A DNA stretch of 54,562 nt, counting the filler, from Sphacelaria rigidula (Eukaryota), in NCBI GenBank assembly GCA_964200075.2. It is 3 parts of 3 records of this genome, joined end to end, with 100 filler letters (N's around TTAATTAATTAA, not from the genome) between each part and the next. Parts side by side here need not be neighbours in the genome. Positions count along the whole stretch, not along the records: positions 1 to 18,122 come from CAXNAA020000910.1; 2 more parts are not named here. The stretch is one strand, 5' to 3'. Numbering within the stretch: position 1 is the first letter of the stretch; each line of letters starts with the position of its first letter. Of this stretch, positions 1 to 13,589 are shown one piece after another. A program made the translations under genes and the position numbers. The notes under the pieces are model-generated. The model was not told the origin of the DNA and did no database searches. It worked only from the letters and a program-made list of their open reading frames with translations.

Positions 1-150
1 TCCCGGCTTTGTAGGGATGCGAGGTCAATGGTCTTATGACTATGGCAAGCATGATCATGAGTACACCCCCCCGAATTTTGCTCCGTCTCGAAAGGGATGC
101 GTGGTCAATGGTCAAACGACTAAGGCAAGCAACAAATGAGTACGCCCCCC
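1..150 (-). mobile_element. Two stacked termini of the same G-rich-ended element (1-72 and a variant at 81-150)
   Basis: Reverse complement of the 1988/7200 terminus. Both units end in C-runs followed by GAATTTTG (73-80, 151-158). Confidence 0.7.
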
Positions 151-784
151 GAATTTTGGAGAATAATCTTGTATGTGTGAAGTGCACGCCAGCTGAACAT
201 GGGCGATTGTGGGGATGCGTATCAGATAGCAGCTCACATGTATCATTTGAGAAAGATTTTCAAACAGTCATGTATCGGTCGAATATGGATGCATCGAAAT
301 TTCGATGTATTGACCTGAGATATCGACGTGTCGCGTCGTTATGATGTTTTAATGCGGTGTTATGACACCCTCAATATCTGCGCTGAACGCATATCTGCAG
401 AGATTTTCACGAGTGATGACTGAAAATCAAGGAATGTCTGTATTTTCGTCCCGAAACCGAATTTCACTGTAAGTTGATTGAAAAATCCTCGAAACCCCGT
501 TAGAATAAGCAGCATGCCCGTGGTCGAGTTCGTTGGGACAAAGTGGTCACTCTCTTCAATGCGATATTTCCGGCTCCCGTCAGCTTTCCCTCTCCTGAGC
601 GTTAATAGTACAAAAAATAATCCAACCCGGAGGGGAAAAGCGGAAGATTCCGGGGGAATCCTCTGACCTCTTTTCAAAAACGTTTTGGCATGTTTTCAAC
701 TTTTCGCTTTCCTAGCTAGGGACAGGTCCGCGGTCGTTCCCGAGTTATGACGGGAAAGGATCTAACTCATTTCTTTGCTTGTAG

Positions 785-842
785 AACACTTTTAGCCTCT
801 CTCCTTCCTCGGAACGAGTCTGTGGTCTCAAGGGATCAACCG
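785..842 (-). mobile_element. Retroposon (LINE/SINE) 3' tail
   Basis: Homologous to 18661-18717 and to the SINE tail at 38652-38692. Confidence 0.55.
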
Positions 843-1987
843 GGTTTTCCCACGGGAAGCACCTTCTTGCACTATGGGATAGCGGATTCGATCGGCATCA
901 CCCAGCCACGTCGACTGCGGGCAGATATTTCTTCTGCTTCTCATATCCTGACGTTTCAGCGACGGAAAAAACACTTCGTAGTTCTCAGGAAGTAAGCACA
1001 TGCAACTGCCGGCAACGGAACCCGCATTTTCCCGACCTATGTGGTTTCAGTTTTAAAGTCTGACTTCCCGAGTGCAGCGGCAACTCTCGTATCCCCAGAA
1101 CCTTGGCCACGGTTGAAGCTGTGCCGCCCCCACTGGATTTTGTAGTATTTTCGACCTGCGCCAGTTGGAATTCTTGCTTCATGCAGATATAGGGACCGAT
1201 TCGCGAGTTCCTCGTGCTTCCCAAAACAATATCGTGCTTATCTGCACACCGCGCTGTACACGCGCTGCGTCGGAAGGGTGCTGTTCTGTGAATGTGCTGT
1301 CCTGTAGACAGAGTACCCCCACCTGCTGGAACAGGACACCTCGAGGCACAAAATTAAATATAATAAAAACTGTACGCGTCACGCGGTAGTCTAGGGTACA
1401 TTTGTTGGAAGGTTTGTTCCCAAAAATGGATAAACGGATGCAATGGGGTCATTTTCACCTCACACGCAGCCCGGAAGCGGCGTTTCAGTGCTGAAATCAA
1501 CTCGGCAGGAAGTTGTACCGGGCACGGGCACGGTACAACACTTCAGCGCCCTCACCCGCAAAGCCTTACGCCGGGGTTTGGAGTTAGACTCTGAAATTTT
1601 GCACTCGTGTACGTACCATGGATCACTACGAAACACTTCGCGAATATTTCCTTTTTAGTGTCCCAGAACGGCATGTGATCCCCGAAAATCCCCCAAACAA
1701 ACCCCTGAGACTCCCGATGAACGGCAAAATAAAACATGTAAAACCCTCCAAATATTTCGTAATAACAACCTAAAGTACCTGTATGTTATTTTTCAGAGTC
1801 TAACTGCAAAAAAGTGGTGTGAGGTTTCGCGGATGAAAACGCTTGGGGTGACGAGTGTTAATCAGCCTGTCTTCTGTTGTCGAACTGCACCAGGTATTCC
1901 ATTCTACACCATGCTTCTTGTTCGTCAAGTTCATCGTCCATGGTCCTCCATGCCTCCTGACTCGCGTGTGTGTCTGTGGTGGTAGTG

Positions 1988-2510
1988 AGGGGTGTACTCA
2001 TGATCTTGCATGCCGTGGTCGTATGACCGTTGACCTCGCATCCCTACAAAGCCGGGACGGAGCACGCCAGGTTTTCGCCAGACCAGGCTCACCCTCAATC
2101 ACCAAGCGCGAAGCGCCGTCATGTACTCGGCGAGACGCATGGAGGGTAAGCTGCATCCTGTCAAGATTGTTCCGCCCGAAGCCTACTGATTATCTTGCAT
2201 TTGGATGGCAGCCTCCAATGAGTTGCTTCATTTTCTGGTATCACCGCTTCCTAAGACAGCAACGGGGTATACACTGCCTCATGCGTGTCCCACCATTCAA
2301 ACACTGCGTAGTACGACTATCTATCTCCTTTGCGCGGAGTTGAGGTTGCCCCACCCCCACACAATATGATTTAGCTCGATAACCACCATGGTGACCCCAA
2401 AACAAAACACAAGCTCGCAAAAAATATCGGCAAACTGGTTGTCCGGCTCACGCAATGAGTGGCGTGTTTTACAACACATCACCAACCGATGCCAACCTCA
2501 TAGAGGGGTC
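1988..2510 (+). mobile_element. Terminal ~520 bp of a DNA-transposon-like repeat family starting (G)nTGTACTCATGATC
   Basis: Colinear with 7200-7722 (about 75-80% identity by eye). The same terminus occurs at 1-72 (minus) and 18073-18122. The unit partially restarts at 2513-2560. Confidence 0.75.
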
Positions 2511-2708
2511 TACCCTTACAAAGCCGGGACGGAGCACGCCGGGTTTTCGCCGGACCAGGCGGTGGTGAGGGGCGACGGAACGACGGTGTCAGTCGGAATG
2601 CGGAATCGAAGTTCATCCTCAAGCCTTCAAACCTTTATGCACATCTAGTCTATTGTACCCTTCACTCGCAACTCGTGAAACCACTCCTCGTTGTGACATC
2701 GTGTACAG

Positions 2709-3970
2709 ATTCGGGGAAGGGCGAATTTCACGGAGACTGCGACAAACCGAGAGGTTGCGGGAACTCCGGGCCAGAAAGCTTCGGAGCAGCTGCTTCGGGC
2801 ACGACACTGCAGATCGAAACCTAGGCGCTGGTAGATTTGCGCAAAAAAAGGTGTCAAGGGGTCTCAAAGGATGCACCGGCGCTGATAATCATGTTACGGG
2901 CACCAAAGGTACTCGTGGAGATAAGCTAGAATGCCTGGCGAGCGGGGAAGGGGGGGGGGACGATCCCACCGTCGCCATGACAGTGCAGGATGCGACAGAA
3001 GCAGGAGATGACTTCGTTGTTGATGACGCGGGCTTGAACCCATGGAGGGGAATAATGAAACCCAGTCAAGGTGGCAGCCAAAGACCTCTCGCAGGATCAG
3101 GTTCAAGAGTACTGGTGGTCGGCGAAGGCACAGAGGGTGGTCCAACCTGTGACCAGGCGGACGGTGGCGCCTCGGAATCAGCAACCCGGGTCATATCCCC
3201 AGAGATGGATGCCATGAAGTCAATTCCTCCCGTGCTGAGATCTCGTAAATCAAGCAGAAGAAGTGTGCAGTCTAGAGGGAGTAATAAGCGGCAATCGCTA
3301 CGAGAACGAAATGCGCCTCATTCGACGATGCGGGCGGGATGCGGAACGTTTCTTACCGCAGCACCGCTCGATCTGTTTCAAACGGGAGACAAAAACGACA
3401 ACGATGATCCAGCAGCTACTCGCGGTGGAAGCAACGGATCGGTGCCCACGATGCAAGCTTCAGAGACCTGGATCACTGGGCGGGGCGTAGAATTACCGGC
3501 CGCTGCCCCCACGTGTGGGGGGGTTGCCATTCGGCTGTCCCCCTCAGAGAGATCACTTTTTCCGTGGGATAGTCTTCTTGCACCTCTCCGAGCGGTATGC
3601 GATATTGATCCTTCACTGTCGCGAGCGGGGACTGAGTATCGGGGTGTGATTCCCGCTGTAGCCGCGGGCCAAGAGCTAATGACGCATGGCGAACTCAAGG
3701 TGCGTACCAGGTACACATGCACATATGAAAAAAAACAAATCAACATACCAGGGACGAAAGCGTTTCGACGGAAATTGAGCCCACCCCAAGGCTGGTCGTG
3801 AGTGGTTCATGGCACGTTTCATGAATTCTACAGTATGTATTTCAACAAAAAATACGTGTGCATATGCACATATATAGCAAATGTAACACTTGTAAGGCGT
3901 TCAACCACTCCTAGGTCTTTGTCGTTAGAATTCTGGGGAAGAATTGCTTGATTTCAATTGTGCTGATCAG
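2709..3970 (+). CDS. Putative large low-complexity exon (2709-3699) plus a 42-nt exon (3929-3970) of an unknown gene or pseudogene
   Basis: Longest ORF in the window (382 aa, G/S/R/A-rich). Acceptor TGTACAG at 2708, donor AAG|GTGCGT at 3700. A downstream TTAG|NSGEELLDFNCADQ|GTAATG is in phase 0. No recognisable domain. Confidence 0.4.
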
Positions 3971-4484
3971 GTAATGAACATATGATGCACGCAGGGTCAA
4001 GTCGATACTGGGTCAGGCAAAAATGAGGGGCTTTCCGGTAGAGTCAAGACTTTCCTCTCACCGTGTACGTATACCAGGACTGTCCAAGAAGGTTGGCGCA
4101 GCCAACGAGCGAACTATTGGTAGCACGTTGTGGTGTGAAGAAAAGCGAGCCGCGCAAGCGCTAGCGTGTCAGTCGGGGGAACCCTGTCGCAGGCAGAAAA
4201 TACACGCACCCTGGCTCTATGGTCCTCAAGACTCGATTGCACGACCGAACGACGAGAAGTTATTTTTCATGTTGAACGCACGTCATTCCCAACGACAAAA
4301 CTGGGTAAACCGAAACGAGAGTGTTGATTGATCGGTTGACCGACTGATAGCTTGATTGTCGCGCATTAGCCTTAACTGTTGCGCTGCCGCCACGAATTCA
4401 ACCGCGGCCATGGCATATACATACAAGTACTGTACCCACGGTAAGTGAACGGAAGCACACACGGAAGGGAACCCGACACCGGGG

Positions 4485-4670
4485 AAAATGATCACACGTC
4501 GGACAGCTCATGAGCTACCTAAATATTACTTCTTATTAGTGTACTGATCCGGAGCACGAGCTAGCTCATGTGATCGCTTTTTCCATATTCTCTCCCTACA
4601 GCGCTGGACACCGAGCACGCGGAGAAGCGCGAAGGTAGCGCTTTGGCTTCTCGGGCCCTGCTGTCACGTA
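4485..4670. repeat. Diverged dispersed repeat; inverted copy at ~34884-35070
   Basis: Shared blocks GACAGCTCAYGAGC, TAGTGTACTGATC, AGCGCTGGRCRCCGAGCACGCGG, TTGGCTTC and GTCACGTA in colinear order. Confidence 0.65.
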
Positions 4671-6188
4671 ATTTGTGTTTTTGGATGAGCAATCTGAGAG
4701 TCCCCTTCGATTTGTTATTTTCAGTAGCTCATGAACTGTCCGACGTGTGAAAATGATGAAAGCAAGAGAGGGAAGAGGAACAGTCAACTGATGGGGAAAA
4801 TGTAAAAAGCGAGATGCAGGAGAGAGAGTAAAAGGAGAAAAAAAAGGGAAATGGCAACACAAATCTTACGCTGCTTATTTCCTGTCGCGGGCGAGCACGG
4901 GTGATTGTGGGTACGCGCGTGGGTCGACCCGCGAGGATCCACCGTGTGAATATGGATGGTTCTTACCAGCTGATGGAATACTATTGGCAACGATGATTAC
5001 TCACTGCCAGAGGTGGATGTCTGTAAGCACCCGTGGGTGGGGCTACGGAAGCCCATGGGTAATGAAAAAATTAAGAAGACGGACCCTTGATTCTGCGCAG
5101 GTACATTTCACGTTTTCACTCGAGAACACCGCTGCCGCTCACCCACGGCAACATGTGCGTCGCCATTAGCACTCTACACCTGTTCATAGGGTGTTTATTC
5201 GACAATGATCGGTAGAGGGAGAGTTATCTGTTGTGCGGGTTGTCACAGTCGATGCTGTACTCCAAGTGAACCCCGCCGTTCCGGACATCGAGAGCTGCTA
5301 TGGTGTACTACTGGAAGAGATGTGAAACTCGCCGTTGTGACCTATTCGGTGTACCGCGGTAGAGTGCGGTTTGTAGTGGAACAGCCCGCTTGGTTTTGGA
5401 GCGGCTTTGCACGCCACTTATGTTTAGAGTAGCCGCGATGAAATGCTCGATTGTGCCGTGGTGAAGTCGGGGCGCATATTTGGTTTTGATGCTGTACCCA
5501 TAAAGGCTGTGTATAACATATAGCTGCTGCGAGGATGTTGCGGTGACCATTGCAGTACCGTACGTCTAGAGAACGTCCATTCTCTGAAATTTGGTGGCTG
5601 TGGTGCGTTGACGCATAGTGGCTGTGGCGGATAATGGCTGCCCGGTGATGCTCACTACTGTGGGTGAATGCCCATAGGTGATAGCCACCAGGGTTACCTC
5701 CTTCAGATGCGTGCGCTGTGGCTGCTGTGCTTTCGCTGAGGTTTATGTTCAATTAATATAAGAAAAATATCAAAATCGTCTGCTGCTGCTGTGTGTATGC
5801 AGGTTCCCCATTTCCACGCGATAGGCACATGGTGACCAAATAACACGAAAAAAAGAATCGTGATTAGATCATGAAGTATTGCGCATACAGTGAATCAGTT
5901 TCGGTGTACGTACCGGAGTCTGCCGATCTGGAGCCAATGTGTTGCATGCATACACATACACATTGAGTTAGTACAAAAATATACCGCAAAAAATGAACGC
6001 CTGGCTTGTGCGATAGAGCAAGATAAGTAATATATTGCGTTCGGCAGAGTAGATTGTGAAACATCTCTTCATATGTGCCCAACATACATGGGCATATTTC
6101 TTCAATGCAAGATGTATGTACCCAACATGCGTTTTCGTTAGCTCCAGAATATCTTTGGCAAAATCTACAGGTATTCTTTCAGTTCACG

Positions 6189-6475
6189 TTAATTGTTCGC
6201 CAACTTAGATTAATGTTCCCAATCTTTTGCAGATATCTGCCCGTTCGAAACGACTCTCCCGAGCTCCGGTAATTTATCCGCCAGTCTAGGATGACGTTTT
6301 CAATGGTTGGCAGATATCTCCCTGCTTGATCGACTCTCCCGAACTCCGGTAAATATCTGTCAGTCCAGAATGATTTTCTCGATCGTTGGCAGATGCTTCT
6401 CCGTTTGAAACGACTTTTCCGAGCGCCGATAAGTATCCGCAAGTCTAGAATAACTTTCCCATACTTTTTTAGATG
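6189..6475. repeat. Degenerate ~80-bp tandem repeat (about 3.5 units)
   Basis: AGAT anchors at 6231, 6312, 6391 and 6471; recurring CGACTYTYCCGARCKCCG and CAGTCYAG. Confidence 0.8.
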
Positions 6476-7199
6476 CCGGCGGTGTGTGAGGACATTAACA
6501 GAGGAAGCGTCTGGCTTCATTTGCAGTACGCTTCTAGGGCGGATGTGTTCAGTGAGGATTATTGTCATGTTCGCGGCAGGCGCAATGTTCGAACCGATCG
6601 TTTATGGCACGGGTGAAGGGCATACGCACGGAACACCGGCATTGCTCCAGACACCACATGAGCGCTGGTGACAGAGCTCCATCGTGCACGCAGCCTGAAG
6701 AACATAACAAAAAAATGAGAATTCCACTTCCTGCGGACAACACACACGGGCGCATGCGTATGCGAGGTTCGACAACGTGATATTTTTCAAAGCAAAGAAC
6801 ATTACATAGCGCGTGCATTCATTCAAATGCACTACAATACATGGGTGTGTTTCTCATATCGCGTCTTATCCTTTCCCTTTCCTTCCTCGTGACCAGTCCA
6901 TGGACGCAAAGGATCAACTCATGTCTTTCTCGTCACACGCCTCCTTACGTTTTGGTCTCGCGGATTGGATTATGACTATCAGCACTCTCACACTGCGTCG
7001 ATTCTCGCCGAACGGACTCTCTTTGAGTCTCATGTTCCCACGTTCTCGAATCGGCTACGTATTCAGAAAAACCATGGAATACATATATCCGGAATTGAAT
7101 CCCCATTTTGCAGCCCTATTGGTTTCAGCTACAGCACTAGACCACCAGGGCGCGTCGGTATATATTAGTCATGCTACAATAATAGGGGGGGGGCGGGGG

Positions 7200-7722
7200 A
7201 GGGGGGTTGTACTCATGATCTTGCATGCCGTAGTCATATGACTATTGGCCTCTCATTCCTACAAAGCCGGGACATTGCATGCCGGGTTTTCGTCGGACGA
7301 GGCTCGCAATAAATCACCAAGCGCGAAGCGCCGTCATAGGTTCGGCGAGTCGCATGAAGGATGAGCTACATGCAGCGAAAATCGTTCGGCCCGAAGCGTA
7401 CTGATAACCTTTCAGTTGGATGACAGCCTCCACTGAGTTGCTTCATTTTCTGGTATCGCCACTTCCAGACACAGCCACGGGGTGCGCACTGCCTCATGGG
7501 TGTCTCACCATTCAAGCACTACGTACCCCCTTTGCGCGGAATTGAGGCTGTCACACCCCGCACAGAACGATCTACTGTAGCTTTACCACGATCATGGTTA
7601 CCGCAAAAAAAAAAAGCAAGCGCGCAAAACAAAATCGGTAACCTGGTTGCCCAGCTTACGCAGTGAGTGGCGTGTTTTACGGCGTCTTGCCAACCGACGT
7701 CAACCACATAGACGGGGCTACG
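7200..7722 (+). mobile_element. Second copy of the (G)nTGTACTCATGATC repeat family
   Basis: Direct homology with 1988-2510, e.g. CAAGCGCGAAGCGCCGTCAT and GAGTTGCTTCATTTTCTGGTATC. Confidence 0.75.
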
Positions 7723-8057
7723 AAAAGGGTATTTCGGGTCATTTCTTCCGCGGAGTTCCGCTTCAAATCGTCGTCGAAAGCAGCAACGGCTATTCTAAAT
7801 CGCTTACTAACCCTTTTGGAACCCTCACCTTCCGTCCCCGGGCCTGACGCCTCATTATGAGAAGCCCTGACAAACGGGAAGAGATGTAAACAGAAAAGAC
7901 CGACGGCAACCATTTTTACTGTGGAAGATCAAAGAAGACTCCAGNNNNNNNNNNGGCGAAACTCTCGCGAAACAGTACTGACTCCTATATATGTGCTTTT
8001 TGTCAGTAGAATCTGTGAAAAACCTCAATTCGAGGTCGGTGCACCAATACGTCACAT

Positions 8058-8169
8058 TAGTACACTTGAAATTAGAGTGGCGCACTAGTAGACTTGAAAT
8101 TAGACTAGTGCACTATTATACTTGAAATTAGAGTAGCGCACTATTATACTTGAAATTAGAGTAGTGCAC
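8058..8169. repeat. 28-bp minisatellite x4 (TAYACTTGAAATTAGAGTAGYGCACTAK)
   Basis: Four head-to-tail units without spacers. Confidence 0.9.
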
Positions 8170-9229
8170 CGTTTTGGTGGGCTGCATCGTCAACACTTGG
8201 CGAGCGTAAAAACCCACACTACCGTATACGGCCGGCGACAATGATATGGTGGAGCACGTGGAAATCCCGTCGCCACATGTGAAAGCGCTGAAGAGCGACC
8301 CATATGCAATGCATGTTCAGCTGGAAGAGGTGGCTGAGAAGAACGGCCAAGATGGCTCCAGGCGTTTCGCTGAAAACGCTGCAGGAGCGGTTGGGGCAAC
8401 CCATTGCTCCCAGCGCACACCGCCCCCTCCGCTCGCTTACCAAACGTCAACACAGTAATCGCGGCAAGTGAAAACGCTGCGAGGCACACAGGGGGATGTG
8501 GAAGGCATCATGTGGACGCGATCGCCAGCGTCCAGACAGCCGACAAGCGGCCGACCACCGACGGGAACAGCCTTTCGCAACCAGCCTAACCCAACTACAA
8601 GTACGACTACAGCTAGTAAACACACTTCACTACAGTTCAGCATAAGCGAATAACCATGTTACGGTGTTCCATACAAGAAGACAGAAGGTGTGTAATATCA
8701 TTGTATGACACCCCAACGCGGCCCACGAGGACATACGGTTCGAACGCGATAGCGCAAGCCGGAGTAATGCACCTCACGCAGCACAGAGTGGGGCTGTGCA
8801 ACGTTCAGGCATGATCAACCCGCATTATAGAGGTGGTGTCGTGGAAACGTACAGCACAAAGGACAGGATGAGATAGATATGCGGTAAGATAACAGTCTAA
8901 GAAGTGACAGCCTGTATCAGATATGACAAAGTAACGCCCCCCGCCTACGCTGCACCAGGAGCATGTATAACGGCGGGGTACATGACACACTCGTCGCTGT
9001 TATGGAATGATCGAACCGCAGTGTGTTGCCGTGTAAACGCGCACGACAGAGTACAGTAAGGTACATGACGTGAGTTTACACTGGAAATGAGCTGAAAATA
9101 TGATGATTACACGCAGTACAGAGGAGTAGGTGAATACATCCCCCCAGGGCCTGACGGGGACGGTCTCCGAATACAGACAGTAGACGGGGACATAACTGTG
9201 GTTGATGTGCCGTCGACGTCGCCTTCATT

Positions 9230-12200
9230 ATCGCAACTTAGGCGCAGGTTTGCTATGATGCGGCACTAAGCATATACTATAGCACGCTCCGCGATAGGTC
9301 ACCCATGCACTCTGGCGGGGGTTACAAAACACCGACGGGTCGAACAACTCGTCATACCCGTAAAATGGAGAACGTTCTTTTCTTCCACGTTCCATTCGCA
9401 GCGGTCTGAAAAACACGCTCTGGGCGAATCGTTTGCTCAATGGCTGTAGAAAAACAACCATTTCTTGCCCGAAAAATGTCAAATGTAAATCGTCAATTTC
9501 CATCAACGGTTCCAAAAGGGTTAACGATAAATATTCCTCATTCATACTGCTTGACACCTTTTAATCCAAATACAAGCGCACCGTGTGACACATCCTATGA
9601 GCCTTTTTTTGTGGAATGAAACACCCCCCCCCCCCACCCTCTCGTAGCATGACTCATGTATCAATATATAAGTAGTGTGTACGCGTGCACAGCCGTGGTG
9701 TATCCGGCGCAGTGGTCCGCGAAAATTCTCTGTGCAATCGGTGAGACAAAACTAGCAGGCGGATTGACATCTGAAGTTTGCCAGACGTGGTCTAAATCGT
9801 TTCTTATGTGTTCTTTTCGAACATGATTCATGATCCAAATCTTACTGCAGGCTTGCAACCAACGACTGTTGGTTGGGAGAGTGGTGCGAACACCTTTTCG
9901 ATTCGAGCATATCACGGAGCTCAACAAAAAATCCGCAAGTAATTCCTCTATCAAGCCCGTGATGAACTTTCTAGTTATTCACGAGTTTTTGGTTTGTCGT
10001 TTTGACCATCGATCTAGAGCATGACTCTTCAGGGTTTTTTCGAGCTCGACAGTCTCTGAACTGACAAGCTATCCCGTGTTTAATGGCCGATATCGTTCGG
10101 TGTGTCGTCAAGCACTAACGTCCGCATATTCCCATTGATCCCGATGTCCACTTTCCTATCTTTGTTTCACAATTCTTCCGGGGGCAAAAGCGGAAACGGA
10201 CCCGCAATGCAAAATCGTATCTCGGCAATGACATCCGCCCCCGCACCAGCGAACCGCAACTACGTGCCACGGGGATTACCGCGGAGCTGGATGTGATGAA
10301 GGCAATAATCGTTCGGGAAAGGTGAGCCCATCCTCTTTGGTTTGACCAATATAACTCTCACTACGAGGTTTAGTGTTGTGTGAAGCATGAGAACATGATC
10401 AGCTTGATCGAGCTATAAATTACGGATACCATCGACGACGGAGGATATCACCGGGGAGTGATGATTTCTTAATCTCGATCTTCTCGAAAGGTGGGGCAGT
10501 GACGCCGCGTGCGACTGTAGTGTCGATGGTGGTTCTGTGAGATAGCGTCGCTAGGATCTTCCGATACACTCGATATTATTTCGGGAGCGCAGGGTCTCAT
10601 TTATCGTGAAACTCGATTTACAATAGGAAATCATTTATCGGTTGCCTTGAGCTCGATACACACCGTCACGAAGATATGTGATGGTAGCTGCATCGGCCAT
10701 ATCCTTTTCTTTTCCCCAGGCGGTCGGAATACCTCTGTTCATCACTGATGCAATACTGCGTAGATAGCAGTTGGACTGCCGGTGGAGCTGGGGCCAATAC
10801 TTGTGACGTTTACAGGGAGGGATCTTGCAGCCTGGACAACAAGGAGCTTCTTCTCTGTGCACAAAATATATCTTTCGGGATAGCGGACAACGCATCTGTA
10901 CGCCGCCACAGAGCTGTTGACTGTGACTATTGGCCCGGCGCCTTACTGCGCTGCTGTGCTATGCGGAATACGTGATATTTACAAGGCATCGAACTGAACG
11001 TTCATATGTTGCGACGTGTTGCTGATCTGTGGTCCACATAGTCGTTGCGGCGGGCGTCGTATGGTCGCAGCGATGAGGACATTACGAATCAACGCATGGT
11101 TATTCACACACTTTCGTTGCCCTTTCAAATATCGTGCTCGTTGTGCGCATGTGTTCGCAGGCTACTGGTAACCGTAGGAAGGCTACTCAGGCGACTGAAT
11201 GGCCACTGTATCAAGCTGCGGACGTGTCTGCGCCTGGAAGCACAGTTTCGGCGTCGGCATAGCCGGGACCCTCCGGAGACCATCGCTCACTCTACAGCGG
11301 TTGTTAGGTGCAAATACTTCTTTTCCCCATTACCAAAATGAAACTTCTGCACGTGTTTTCCCCATAGATTTTTGGGACTCGTATTCTTGCCGGGGTCAAC
11401 GGTGACATCGACGTTCACAAAATGATTCCACTTCTGACCGTTCAGCGACGACGCGTTGTGGGCCAAATTCAGCTACCGAGCAATGGACACGGAGGTTAAG
11501 AATAGGTTCTCTGTTGACGGTGTCCAGTTTCAACATGACCAACTGTGTTGCTATCACCAGGGTTCAGCGTTCTCCCGCACAATCCTGGGATGACGGAATC
11601 ATTTTACGATCGAGGGAGAGGGATCGTGCAGTTGTTTGGTTGTACCTCAGAACGTTTGTGTTCAATTCTCCCAGATTCATGAAGGGCTCGACAGGCCGGG
11701 ATGCGTATATCTCGACGAATAAAGTGCTGCTGACTTCGCTAGTATTATCAACACAAAGTTGTTCTGGAAAATTATAAGTATCTCGATTGACAAGACGGCA
11801 ATCGTAAGCTACCGAGCTGGTGGTATCATTTGAGAACATTTGAAAACTACTCCGACGATATTAAAAAGCCTTTTGTGATTTCGAAAAAACCCGGAATTTC
11901 GTGGATGGGATCGACCGCACCGTGTCGGCGCATGTGCCATGCTTATGCTGCGGGCCCTTGGTCATTGTACAATGCTTTTGACCGGTCGTAACACTTCCTT
12001 GGCTTGGACAATACATTTTGTACAATGTCTTTCGGACGTGAATATTAGTCTACGAAACGTGACGGGGTCAGCCTGCAGGCGACACTGGACAGGCAAGAAC
12101 CGGTTGCGTGACTTCGCGCAGGAGGGTTCAAACGACACTCGTCGTTGAATGCGTCTTGCTTTAAGATCTTTCGGGAATCAGATCACCCGTTTCTAACGAT

Positions 12201-12550
12201 ACGGCTTTCGTGCTAAGAAGGATAAGTTTGCCGTCATATATTCAAACAATCAACTATTTTCGCAAGATTCATCTCACGCTTAATGGAATCAAGTTTGCAC
12301 ACACCCTACGCGTAGCGTTAACATGCGGACGCCTTTCGCCATGCGAACATTTTCCGATCCACAGAGCCACGTTGCACTCCAAGCAACAAGAGCTCAGGGT
12401 AGTGTTGGCGCACATTCGAGCGATATCTCTGGACACGGTGGAAGCTATCACAAGGTGGAGGGTGAGCAAAACGCACCAGTACTTCACCGCTTAGCCACTG
12501 ACACCGACATCTCATTTTGTAAAGGGTGATCGAAGATATGTTGCTACCGT
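9230..12550 (-). pseudogene. Decayed long reading frame(s) of unknown protein
   Basis: Protein-like stretches broken by stops and frameshifts, e.g. KLDSIKREMNLAKIVDCLNI, AWHMRRHGAVDPIHEIPGFFEITKGF, DVIAEIRFCIAGPFPLLPPEEL, KFITGLIEELLADFLL. No family recognised. Confidence 0.3.
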
Positions 12551-13589
12551 CTGCAGTCAAGGTTCCGTCGAGGGAATCACCTGTGGGATTTTGTCGTTAC
12601 GTCAACGAGGGTGGGGTTGAGTAGCAGATCCCTACACACCAACCAACTAGCCCTTTCACGGCACATCAGGTGCTGCTCAGCCTTGTCTCCTTCCTGAAAT
12701 GCAAATTAAGGGTACCTACCGCGTGAGGTAAGTGGCACACACCGCCAATACAGGCATGGCCGCTGCACGTCGACAATCTCTGCGGCGAAGCATATTTTCG
12801 TGACACGCGGCCCACGGAACCCACTCCATGCACGTTCTCTTCTATGTACACGTACTTGGGCAAGTGATATACTACGAATCTCCATGCAGACATGGTCCGA
12901 ATCAATCAGACTTGAACGCCCACTGGTAGCACATTGGTGTCTACCGCCACGTGTATGCATGCGGATTTCTGAAGCGAGGGCAAAACAGCTCGTGTATTAT
13001 GTTTCGGTCAAAGCGAAAAAGACACGCCCATTGGGTAGCGGATACTAGGCGGCGTAGCTGCGTTCTGCAGAAAACTGGGATAACCTCGAACTGACCCGCT
13101 TCTAGTCCAGTTGACGTACGTGCGCGAGGGCAATGCAGGGAAATACGTGGTAGAAGAGACTCGAGCATGAGGAAATTTGAAAACAGTGGAGAAAACAAAC
13201 AAGAGTGTGAAGTAGTGGAACAAAAATGGAAAGAGAGAGGGAAAAGAAAAGGGGAAGAGATTAGGGAAACAAACATGAAAACCAGTAGAACATCATGGAG
13301 CCGATGCGGAGACAAAGGAACGACAGACCCTGAGCGGCCGGGCGGAAACACCTCCGTGCGTGGTTCTGTTGTAGGCCATCGTATCGCAGGTAGTATTGAA
13401 GTTCCCGCTGCCGGCTCGACGGATGCTCTCTCACGCTCACCGTGCGTCCGTCATGCGATCGTTTTGTCTCAGGCCACTCTCGTCAGCACGTGCAAAGCGA
13501 GCTACCGGCAGTTGTCACCCCAACACGTCTTGTCCCGGCCTCACACGACAGCAAGTGGTAGCAGTGTGGGCATCGGGAACGAGGTCACC

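Noticed and set aside
5566-5632. LRR-like peptide LENVHSLKFGGCGALTHSG
   Set aside because: Single isolated unit among stops, with no repeat series.
8058-8169. CRISPR-like 28-bp repeats
   Set aside because: Units are contiguous with no unique spacers and no cas genes; the context is eukaryotic. This is a minisatellite.
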